Positions 8,595-16,324 of a stretch of 20,000 nucleotides of DNA are shown here, piece after piece. Every line of letters starts with the position of its first letter. Position 1 is the stretch's first letter. Origin of the DNA: an uncultured virus (IMG/VR IMGVR_UViG_3300043434_000674) (lineage: Duplodnaviria > Heunggongvirae > Uroviricota > Caudoviricetes); the IMG/VR virus record IMGVR_UViG_3300043434_000674; one strand, written 5' to 3'. Below the pieces are notes generated by a model. That model was not told the DNA's origin. It did not search any database and worked only from the letters and a program-made list of their open reading frames with translations. Both the position numbers and the translations under genes were made by a program.

Positions 8595-9398
8595 ATGATA
8601 AAATTAAGAGATTTACTAAATGAGGGAGAAACTAAAAATCCACTAATCAAACGATTATTGGCAGAATTAAAACCCTTAATTGCTGATATCATCGAAGATA
8701 CTAAACAAAGGTATAAAAAAGAAGATAAAGTGTTTAGTGATTATGATGCATATTACACCGAAATCACCTTAAAATATGATATGGTTAAGGCTTTGGAAAA
8801 ATATACATTATCTACTGATAAAATGAGTGAGGTTAAAGTAAAAAATTCATCTAAAGGTTCATTTCAAATCAGTTGTATAATCGAAAGAGATGGTAATAAA
8901 TACCCATTCAACACCGAAGTAATTTATGCAGGTGGGTATAACATTCAGAAATTACACTTTCGTTATTTAACTAAAACAACCTTACCACAAACTGGCCAAT
9001 CTATTGAAACTCAAAAGTTGAAAGCTGAATTGGTTAAATTATCCAAAGGTGAGAAATTACAAAAGGAAATTGAACATAATAAAAAAGTTATTGAATTAAA
9101 TCAGAATTTAATTGATAAAAATTCTAAATTCAATGATAAACAAATTTTGAAGATGGTTAATGATGGTGATAACGTATCGGGGAAACCATTCATCTGGCCA
9201 AGTTGGGAAGAAATTGTTAAAAGAGGTGTTGCTCAAAATTACAATAATGATGAAAAATATTACAATCAACAAAAGAAACAATCGGAAGAAGATAGTATAG
9301 TATTTTGGAAAAAGAAAAACATAAGTTGGAAACAAGATGCAATTAAAACCGCTCAACAAAATATAGTAAAAGCTCAAAAGAAATTGGACAATTTATAA
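8595..9398 (+). CDS. Hypothetical phage protein with leader; C-terminal coiled coil
   Basis: Leader MIKLRDLLNE; charged heptad-like C-terminal half. Confidence 0.55.
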   Translation: MIKLRDLLNEGETKNPLIKRLLAELKPLIADIIEDTKQRYKKEDKVFSDYDAYYTEITLKYDMVKALEKYTLSTDKMSEVKVKNSSKGSFQISCIIERDGNKYPFNTEVIYAGGYNIQKLHFRYLTKTTLPQTGQSIETQKLKAELVKLSKGEKLQKEIEHNKKVIELNQNLIDKNSKFNDKQILKMVNDGDNVSGKPFIWPSWEEIVKRGVAQNYNNDEKYYNQQKKQSEEDSIVFWKKKNISWKQDAIKTAQQNIVKAQKKLDNL

Positions 9399-9946
9399 TG
9401 ATAAAATTAACAGACATGATAAGTAGAAGTTTATTCGTAGAATCAAAAAAATTGAGGATATTCGATTTTGATGATACTCTAGTAAAAACAACATCATTTA
9501 TATACATTACACATTCAGATGGTAAAAAATCTAAATTAACTCCCGGTCAATACGCAGTTTATACTGAAAGACCAGGTGATGTATATGATTTTAAAGATTT
9601 TGAATCTGTTAAGAACCCAGAAGAAATTACTAAAATAACAAATATTCTTAAAAACATAATTAGAGTTAGTGGTGGAGAAGGTGTGTATATTTTAACTGCC
9701 CGTGCTGCATATCAACCAATTAAAAATTACTTAAAAGATATTGGAATCAATTCAAACAAAGTATTTGTAGTTGCGTTAGGTTCTAATAATCCAAAAGATA
9801 AAGCAGATTGGATTGAGAAGAAAATTGATAACGATGGGTATGATGATATTTACTTTGCAGATGATTCCGAAAAGAATGTTGAAGCAGCAAAACAAATGTT
9901 GCGTAGTAAGAATGTTAAGTGGAGAGTTCAGCAAATAAAACACTAA
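9398..9946 (+). CDS. HAD-superfamily phosphatase (PNK-phosphatase / RNA-repair-like HAD) with leader
   Basis: Motif I IFDFDDTLV, motif II ILTAR, motif III Lys (KDKA), motif IV FADDSEKNV; leader MIKLTDMI...FVE. Confidence 0.8.
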   Translation: MIKLTDMISRSLFVESKKLRIFDFDDTLVKTTSFIYITHSDGKKSKLTPGQYAVYTERPGDVYDFKDFESVKNPEEITKITNILKNIIRVSGGEGVYILTARAAYQPIKNYLKDIGINSNKVFVVALGSNNPKDKADWIEKKIDNDGYDDIYFADDSEKNVEAAKQMLRSKNVKWRVQQIKH

Positions 9947-9971
9947 TTTATATTTTGTAATCATTTTCTTA

Positions 9972-9979
9972 TATTTATA
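9972..9979 (+). promoter_or_regulatory. Putative phage late-promoter motif TATTTATA
   Basis: Intergenic, 22 nt upstream of the ATG at 10002. Confidence 0.45.
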
Positions 9980-10001
9980 TAAAATAAAGGGAGTATGATA
10001 C

Positions 10002-10226
10002 ATGAAAAGGTTTTTAACAAAATGTTCAGAGTTATTATTTAAAGGATTCGCAATATTCACACTAATGTGGATATCATTTGCATTATTATTTGATGTATTC
10101 TTCATCTACTTACATTTCACCAACCCAGAAAAAGGTCAATATTATTCCAATGAGATAATGTGGAGAATAGATGGCACTTTTAAGAACAATCCTAAAAATA
10201 TCTGGTACGAAGAAAAAACTAAATAA
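10002..10226 (+). CDS. Small membrane protein
   Basis: One long hydrophobic segment (FAIFTLMWISFALLFDVFFIYL); GGAG upstream. Confidence 0.55.
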   Translation: MKRFLTKCSELLFKGFAIFTLMWISFALLFDVFFIYLHFTNPEKGQYYSNEIMWRIDGTFKNNPKNIWYEEKTK

Positions 10227-10245
10227 CGGAAAACTCTAATTCATA

Positions 10246-10253
10246 TATTTATA
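10246..10253 (+). promoter_or_regulatory. Putative phage late-promoter motif TATTTATA
   Basis: Intergenic, 26 nt upstream of the ATG at 10280. Confidence 0.5.
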
Positions 10254-10279
10254 TGATATAAAGAATTATTGATAATACT

Positions 10280-11839
10280 ATGCCGTCATCATCAAAACAA
10301 CAACAAAAATTTATGGGTATGGTTCATGCACTTCAAAAAGGTGATATGAATCAATCTGATGCATCTGCTGAATTAAAGAAAGTTGCAAAAGATATGAATC
10401 CATCTGATGTTAATGATTTTGCATCTACCAAACATAAGGGATTACCTAAGAAGGTAAAGCAAGAAATTGTAAAACGATTAAAGGAATATGCAATGATGAT
10501 TCCAAACCATCAAACACAACCTTCTGCACCTAAAGATTCTTTACGTTCCGATGATGAAATGGATGTAAATGAAAACTTTCCAGCAAATTGGTTAGTAGGT
10601 AGAGTTTCAGACCAACATAGTCAATTAGGAACTACACCTAGAGAAGATTACGATGATACTAATTTTGATAAAGATGATTCTGGACAAGAAGATTTAGAAA
10701 GTGAAAATATGAACGAAGCACCTGAAATACAAACCATTACTAAAAAAGAGTGGTCTAAAATTAAAAACTTTAACAAACACATCGGCCAAGATGGAACTCA
10801 TTATGTAATGGCTTATAGTGATAAATTGGGAACACATTTAAACCCAGTAAAAATCGTAAAAGAATCTAAACTTAATGAAAGTTGGGATATAAAGGATGGT
10901 AAAGTTTTATACAATAATAAACTTATAGGATATTACTCATTTGATAGAGATTCTGATTCATTTTGGGTAGATGATGTGAAGAAAGGAAAAGGACAAATAT
11001 CATTTGATACCAAAAAAGAAGTTGAAGATTACTTTAAGAAGAATGCAAAAGATGCACTTAAACATTTAGGAAAAATGAGAGAATCGGTAACCGAATCATC
11101 TAACCCATCCGATATTATAAAGGATTTAGATAAAGTCAGAACTGATTTAATTAAAAAAGTAGATGTTTTAATTGCCAAAAAGAAAAAATTATATTCAGAT
11201 GTAGATATTGAATCACCAATGTCAGCAGATGAAAAAAAGTTGGATAAAGATATACAAACTATATTTTCACAAATTCAACAAATCATTCAACAAAAGAGAA
11301 AAATAAAAACCGAATCAATAAACGATGAACTTTCTGATAACGAAAGAGAAATGGTTGTTGGTATAATTGATATTTTAAAACAAGTTAAAGATAAAGAAAA
11401 TCGAAAAGAAATTGCTTTAAATATGATTAAGCAATTTAAAGAAGAGAATATTGATTTTGATTATTCTGTATTCTTATCTCAATTAAAAGAATATGGTTCT
11501 AATCTAACTGATACATTCTTATTACCACGTCATTCTGATAAATTATCCGGAACACCAACTGAAAAGAATGCAATTGATAATCCAGATAGTGAAGATGGTA
11601 ATTTATACGAAGTAGGGTTGGGTGATTGGCATTTTAAAGCAATTCAAAAATTATATCAAAAGGCCGGAGCGTTTGGAAGAAAAAAGATAGCAGCAGTTAT
11701 CACTAAAAATCCAAATTCGGCATGGAGTAAAATTGAAAGAGAACTTCAAGATTCCGATTACTATGAAATTTCAGATTATAGTGATAAATTAGGATTAAGT
11801 GAAGTTGTTGAAAATATAATTAAAAAACGAACTAAGTAG
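10280..11839 (+). CDS. Modular putative cargo polyprotein with N-terminal DUF3008-like domain
   Basis: N-terminal MPSSSKQQQK...DFASTKHKGLP matches my recollection of DUF3008. Internal linkers: DVNE, NMNE, KESKLNE, RESVTE, TESINDE, LKE, LYE. Confidence 0.6.
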   Translation: MPSSSKQQQKFMGMVHALQKGDMNQSDASAELKKVAKDMNPSDVNDFASTKHKGLPKKVKQEIVKRLKEYAMMIPNHQTQPSAPKDSLRSDDEMDVNENFPANWLVGRVSDQHSQLGTTPREDYDDTNFDKDDSGQEDLESENMNEAPEIQTITKKEWSKIKNFNKHIGQDGTHYVMAYSDKLGTHLNPVKIVKESKLNESWDIKDGKVLYNNKLIGYYSFDRDSDSFWVDDVKKGKGQISFDTKKEVEDYFKKNAKDALKHLGKMRESVTESSNPSDIIKDLDKVRTDLIKKVDVLIAKKKKLYSDVDIESPMSADEKKLDKDIQTIFSQIQQIIQQKRKIKTESINDELSDNEREMVVGIIDILKQVKDKENRKEIALNMIKQFKEENIDFDYSVFLSQLKEYGSNLTDTFLLPRHSDKLSGTPTEKNAIDNPDSEDGNLYEVGLGDWHFKAIQKLYQKAGAFGRKKIAAVITKNPNSAWSKIERELQDSDYYEISDYSDKLGLSEVVENIIKKRTK

Positions 11840-11861
11840 TTATAATAAAAAAAGTTACACA

Positions 11862-12332
11862 ATGATATATTGGTTTACAGGACAACCAGGAGCAGGTAAA
11901 ACTGTCTTAGGTAAAAAGTTACATAAGTTTTTAGAAACAGAAAAACGCAATTGGCGTAAAAACGTATTTCATTTAGATGGTGATCATCTGCGTGAAATTA
12001 CTAATAATAAAGATTATTCTGAAGAAGGTAGAAAGAATAATATCAGAACTGCACAGACAATAGTTGAATATCTACACTTAAATAGATGTGATGTTGTCGT
12101 TTCATTAGTTGCACCATTCATCGAACTACGGGAAGAGTTGAAAGATAAAATCGGACCAGATATGGTTGAGATTTACGTCCACACAACCGAACCTAGAGAA
12201 CGTGATCATTTCCACGTTAAAGATTACGAATCCCCTCAAGTAAATTTCATCGATGTGAATACTACAAAAGATTCACCGGATATTTCATTTTCAAAATTAA
12301 TAAATCATTTGAATAAATTAAAAAAATTATAA
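11862..12332 (+). CDS. cysC: Adenylylsulfate (APS) kinase-like protein, short form
   Basis: WFTGQPGAGKT P-loop, LDGDHLR, DYSEEGRKNNI, VVSLVAPF..LRE, EIYV and YESP motifs. Confidence 0.8.
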   Translation: MIYWFTGQPGAGKTVLGKKLHKFLETEKRNWRKNVFHLDGDHLREITNNKDYSEEGRKNNIRTAQTIVEYLHLNRCDVVVSLVAPFIELREELKDKIGPDMVEIYVHTTEPRERDHFHVKDYESPQVNFIDVNTTKDSPDISFSKLINHLNKLKKL

Positions 12333-12712
12333 TGAATAAAAAATACGCACTTTACATCGGTAGATGGCAAAACTGGCATTCTGGTCATCAATGGTTAATT
12401 GATCAACAATTCCAAAAAGGTAATAATGTTTGGATTGCAATTAGAGATGTTGATAGAGATGATAACAATCCCAAAACTGCAAAAGAAATATTAGATAATT
12501 TGACAGAAGAATTAAAAGGTTATTTATCTACGGGTAGATTATACATTTCAATCATACCAGATATCGAATCAGTAAATTATGGTAGAGGAGTTGGGTATGA
12601 TGTCATATACCACGAACCACCAACTGATATTGCATCAATTAGCGGAACTGCAATCAGAACTGGTCATATGAAACCAGATGGTTCATTAACCTACGATGAA
12701 AATAAAGGATAA
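12332..12712 (+). CDS. Cytidyltransferase-like (HxGH) nucleotidyltransferase
   Basis: IGRWQNWHSGH and ISGTAIR motifs; translationally coupled (TAATG). Confidence 0.8.
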   Translation: MNKKYALYIGRWQNWHSGHQWLIDQQFQKGNNVWIAIRDVDRDDNNPKTAKEILDNLTEELKGYLSTGRLYISIIPDIESVNYGRGVGYDVIYHEPPTDIASISGTAIRTGHMKPDGSLTYDENKG

Positions 12713-12933
12713 TGATAGTCCAACCTAAACGTCATATTGCTAAAACCATCTCCTATCGTATTTTAAGTACCCTTGTAGGGTTTCTTTTGATGTGGTGGAT
12801 AAGTGGTTCAATTGAAGTTGGAACTGCGTTTGGTATTGCAGAATTGGTGTATAAACCGATTCAATATTATCTACATGAACGAGTATGGTATAAGTGGATT
12901 AAATATGGTCTAAAGAAAGATGACAAAAATTAA
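12712..12933 (+). CDS. DUF2061-like small membrane protein
   Basis: RHIAKTISYRILST...AELVYKPIQYYLHERVW matches the DUF2061 pattern (K...WR...YY.HER.W). Confidence 0.8.
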   Translation: MIVQPKRHIAKTISYRILSTLVGFLLMWWISGSIEVGTAFGIAELVYKPIQYYLHERVWYKWIKYGLKKDDKN

Positions 12934-13798
12934 ATACATAAATTGTTTTGGAACATCAAACACTGCTGGAGGTGGTTTCGAATTCGATTCACCTACACAA
13001 GGGTGGTTCATTAATAAATTGTATGGCCATATAACAAACGAAGAAAAAACCATTTTTAACTTTTCATATCCAGGACAAATACAAAAGTTAGTTTCAAAAA
13101 ATGTAAAGGTTAATAATTTTGGAAAACAAGGATGTGGTAATGAAAGAGTAATTAGAAAATCATATGAAATTATTGATTCACATGGTTTTAATAAAGATGA
13201 ACATATTTTTATATTTGAAATTACTGGATTAGGTAGAAGAGAATTTTTCTTTAAGAAAATAAATGATTATATAATTTGTAATTATCAGATTGATGAAAAT
13301 GATAAAGCAGTTTTCTTAGCAACTGCAAATCATTACAATTATGATTCGGATGAAACTATTAAATTATTAGAAACCTATGACCCTTTTTTTGAAACTTATT
13401 TAACTGATTTTTTTGATATTAAAAATGAAGTTGATGAACATAGAAGAATGGTAGATTTGTTTCTTGCATATTTAGAATCCAAAAATATAAATTATTATTT
13501 TACAATGACACCACAGAATCATGAGTATCGAAAATCATGTGAATTATTATTCGGAGATGGAAAATATTTTCAACAAACAAAAGATATGATGGATTTTTCA
13601 TTTGTAAATAAATTAACAATTAAAGATGAAACTGGTCATCAATCAAACGATATGCACATTGGGTTAAAGGGTAATAAACTGATTGCAAATGTAATTTATA
13701 ATAAATTGGTAAACGATGGAATGTTGGATACACCAATTAAAGAAATAGATTGGGAAACCTACAAAAACACAAAATATATTATACCAAAAGTTATATAA
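12920..13798 (+). CDS. SGNH/GDSL-like hydrolase-fold protein
   Basis: CFGTSNTAGG, NNFGKQGCGN and DMHIGLKGNKLIA motifs. Confidence 0.7.
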   Translation: MTKIKYINCFGTSNTAGGGFEFDSPTQGWFINKLYGHITNEEKTIFNFSYPGQIQKLVSKNVKVNNFGKQGCGNERVIRKSYEIIDSHGFNKDEHIFIFEITGLGRREFFFKKINDYIICNYQIDENDKAVFLATANHYNYDSDETIKLLETYDPFFETYLTDFFDIKNEVDEHRRMVDLFLAYLESKNINYYFTMTPQNHEYRKSCELLFGDGKYFQQTKDMMDFSFVNKLTIKDETGHQSNDMHIGLKGNKLIANVIYNKLVNDGMLDTPIKEIDWETYKNTKYIIPKVI

Positions 13799-13801
13799 GT
13801 T

Positions 13802-14839
13802 ATGGAATTGATAAAACCGAATGTCCGAAATGAATGGGGACAATTAAGAGAAATTATAGTAGGAACTGCAGATTATGCACAGGTACCAACTAAAGGAGAT
13901 AAGTGTTTACATTCAATTGATTACGCACATTTATCCGATGAAGAATTTGCTAATAGACCAAGTGGGGTATATCCTCAAAAATTAATAGATGAAACTCGCG
14001 AAGATTTAGATGGGATAGCGAATACACTTCGTTCATTAGGAGTAAAAGTTCATAGACCAGAGGTTAGAGATTTCTCACAACCGATTATAACTGAAAATTG
14101 GGAAGTAGATGGTTATTACAATTATTGTCCAAGAGATTCAATGTTTGTGGTAAATGATAAGGTAATTGCAACACCCATGACACTACGCCATCGTTCAAAT
14201 GAAGCAGAGACTTGTAAACCTTTATTTGACCCGAATCATTGGGTAGATGCACCAAAACCAAAATTATTAGATTCAATTTATCAGAGAGAAGATTTATCAA
14301 TACCAACTCTATTAGATGGTGAACCAGTATTTGATGCTGCGAACGTAATCAAACATAATAATGATATTCTTTATTTAGTTTCAAATACAGGTAATAAGGA
14401 TGGTGCAAAATGGTTAGAAATTTATTGTAAAGAAACCTTCGGTAATGAATACAATGTTCATCTAGCAGAAAATGTTTACGCATATATACACATCGATACT
14501 ACCTTTGTATTTTTAGGTGAAGGTAAGGTTCTTTTGAATCCGGCTAGAGTTAGATGGCAAAACTTACCCGAATTTTTAAAAGATTTCGATAAGATTTGGG
14601 CACCCGAACCATATCCAACACAAGTATTAGAAGATTGGTGTCCTGCATCACCCTGGTTAGGAATGAATATTTTACCAATAAACGATAAACTTTGTATGGT
14701 AGAAGAACACCAAACTCTTTTAATGATGGAATTGAAAAAGTGGGGAATTGAATCTATTCCAACAAAGATGAGACATGCACGAACGTTTAGTGGAGGACCT
14801 CATTGTGTCACATTGGATGTAGTTAGGGATGAAAAATAA
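13802..14839 (+). CDS. Amidinotransferase (glycine / inosamine-phosphate amidinotransferase family)
   Basis: NEWGQLREIIVG, CPRD, FDAAN, HIDTT and GGPHCVTLD motifs; the Asp-His-Cys catalytic residues are intact. Confidence 0.9.
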   Translation: MELIKPNVRNEWGQLREIIVGTADYAQVPTKGDKCLHSIDYAHLSDEEFANRPSGVYPQKLIDETREDLDGIANTLRSLGVKVHRPEVRDFSQPIITENWEVDGYYNYCPRDSMFVVNDKVIATPMTLRHRSNEAETCKPLFDPNHWVDAPKPKLLDSIYQREDLSIPTLLDGEPVFDAANVIKHNNDILYLVSNTGNKDGAKWLEIYCKETFGNEYNVHLAENVYAYIHIDTTFVFLGEGKVLLNPARVRWQNLPEFLKDFDKIWAPEPYPTQVLEDWCPASPWLGMNILPINDKLCMVEEHQTLLMMELKKWGIESIPTKMRHARTFSGGPHCVTLDVVRDEK

Positions 14840-14871
14840 CGGAAACTATATCAAAAAATTATAATATACTA

Positions 14872-14879
14872 TACTTATA
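14872..14879 (+). promoter_or_regulatory. Putative late-promoter variant TACTTATA
   Basis: One mismatch to TATTTATA; 15 nt upstream of the ATG at 14895. Confidence 0.35.
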
Positions 14880-14894
14880 TTAAATAACATTAGT

Positions 14895-15461
14895 ATGGAA
14901 AATAATAAACACGATAAAATATTCCCAAATTACGATCCAACATCTGATTTATCACAAGCAAGTAAATCAAGAAGATTAAAACGTGGATTGGGTGCACAAC
15001 CTTTATTGGAATCTGAAATAAAAGCAGTTCAACAAAAGGCACGTTCCGCAATGGAAGCAGCAAGAATCTTAGGGGTATCATTCAACACCTATAAAAAATA
15101 CGCACGTAAATATGGTATATTCGATGATTTAAAGAATCCAGATGGTATTGGTATTCGTAAAGGATATAATATCAAAAGAGGTAAATTTTCATTGGATGAT
15201 ATCTTAAAAGGAAAATACCCAGAATATCCGGTTTGGAAATTAAAACAACGATTATTACTCAATGGGTATATGTTGGAAAAATGTAATAATTGTGGGTTTG
15301 AGGAAAGACGTATTACTGATAATAAAGTTCCATTGGTATTAGATTTTTTAGATGGTAATAAAACTAATCATTTATATGATAATTTGAGAATGTTATGTTT
15401 CAATTGTTCATTCTTAGTAAATGGTAATCTTACTGGTCCTAAAAAAGAATTTGAATATTAA
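14895..15461 (+). CDS. HTH + degenerate HNH-like Zn-finger protein
   Basis: SAMEAARILGVSFNTYKKY HTH; KLKQRLL...CNNCG...LVLDFLDGNKTN..DNLRMLCFNC HNH scaffold with the His positions substituted. Confidence 0.7.
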   Translation: MENNKHDKIFPNYDPTSDLSQASKSRRLKRGLGAQPLLESEIKAVQQKARSAMEAARILGVSFNTYKKYARKYGIFDDLKNPDGIGIRKGYNIKRGKFSLDDILKGKYPEYPVWKLKQRLLLNGYMLEKCNNCGFEERRITDNKVPLVLDFLDGNKTNHLYDNLRMLCFNCSFLVNGNLTGPKKEFEY

Positions 15462-15493
15462 TTTGGAAATTTGAAATAATTTTTGTATCTTTG
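15462..15493 (+). promoter_or_regulatory. Bacteroidota sigma promoter (TTTG-N20-TATCTTTG)
   Basis: Perfect match to the -33 TTTG / -7 TAnnTTTG consensus. Confidence 0.8.
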
Positions 15494-15497
15494 TATG

Positions 15498-15701
15498 ATG
15501 TTAGAATTTAAAAAACCAATACCGGTAATTGTAGAAGATACTAAAGAAGGATATGCTATCTATGTAACTAGTGGTGGGACATTTGAAAATGACATTTGGT
15601 GTGTAGTTTTATGTGAAGGTGGAATAGTTAGACACTATAATTCAGCACAAATAAAAATTTATCAAAACGAAACTTTTTATATTAAAAAATTAAAAGAATA
15701 A
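15498..15701 (+). CDS. Hypothetical beta-rich phage protein
   Basis: MLEFKKPIPV...EGYAIY...W.VVL..GG. The TTG at 15483 is inside the promoter, so the start is ATG 15495 or 15498. Confidence 0.6.
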   Translation: MLEFKKPIPVIVEDTKEGYAIYVTSGGTFENDIWCVVLCEGGIVRHYNSAQIKIYQNETFYIKKLKE

Positions 15702-15704
15702 ACT

Positions 15705-16019
15705 ATGAGTTATATAATCGGAAAAGCATGTGATGGGGTTTGTGATACTGCGTGTGTGCAAGTTTGTCCAGTAGATGTTATCAATGGTCCTATCAACATC
15801 GATGGATTAGGTAAAGAAGTTCTTGGTATGAGTGATGAGGAAAAGAAGGGATTACAACTCTACATTAATCCAGATGAATGTATTTTATGTGGAGCATGTA
15901 TTCCAGAGTGTCCGGTGGATGCTATATTTGAAACCGAAGAAGAGGCAATTGCAGTAGAAGGAAATGATGAATCGGTTCGTAAAAACTACGAATTCTATGG
16001 TATGAAGTGGAATGGATAA
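15705..16019 (+). CDS. Dicluster [4Fe-4S]/[3Fe-4S] ferredoxin
   Basis: CDGVCDTACVQVCPVD and INPDECILCGACIPECPVDAI motifs. Confidence 0.9.
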   Translation: MSYIIGKACDGVCDTACVQVCPVDVINGPINIDGLGKEVLGMSDEEKKGLQLYINPDECILCGACIPECPVDAIFETEEEAIAVEGNDESVRKNYEFYGMKWNG

Positions 16020-16035
16020 AAAATAATCAAAAAAG

Positions 16036-16067
16036 TTTGGTAAATTCAAATTTTTTTAGTATCTTTG
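16036..16067 (+). promoter_or_regulatory. Bacteroidota sigma promoter (TTTG-N20-TATCTTTG)
   Basis: Perfect consensus match; intergenic, before 16111. Confidence 0.8.
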
Positions 16068-16110
16068 TAAAATAAATAAATATATAATAATATAATCTAA
16101 AAAACAAGTT

Positions 16111-16323
16111 ATGAACAAGTATTTTGAAGTAATCGTTGAGGTCGTAGTAGCAACTCAAAAAAATGGTAAAGACAAGAAAGCAAAAGAAATCTATTTAGTA
16201 GATGCACAATCGGTAACCGAAGCAGAAGCAAGAGTAGTAAAAGATTTCGAAGAGGCAGGTGTCCAAATTGATTACAAAGTTAGTGGAGCAAAGGAATCCC
16301 GAGTTATTAGGGTAATTGAATAA
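16111..16323 (+). CDS. DUF4494-like protein (single repeat)
   Basis: YFEV.V...NGK.KK.KE.YLVDA.S.TEAEARV matches the Bacteroidota DUF4494 pattern. Confidence 0.7.
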   Translation: MNKYFEVIVEVVVATQKNGKDKKAKEIYLVDAQSVTEAEARVVKDFEEAGVQIDYKVSGAKESRVIRVIE

Positions 16324-16324
16324 A

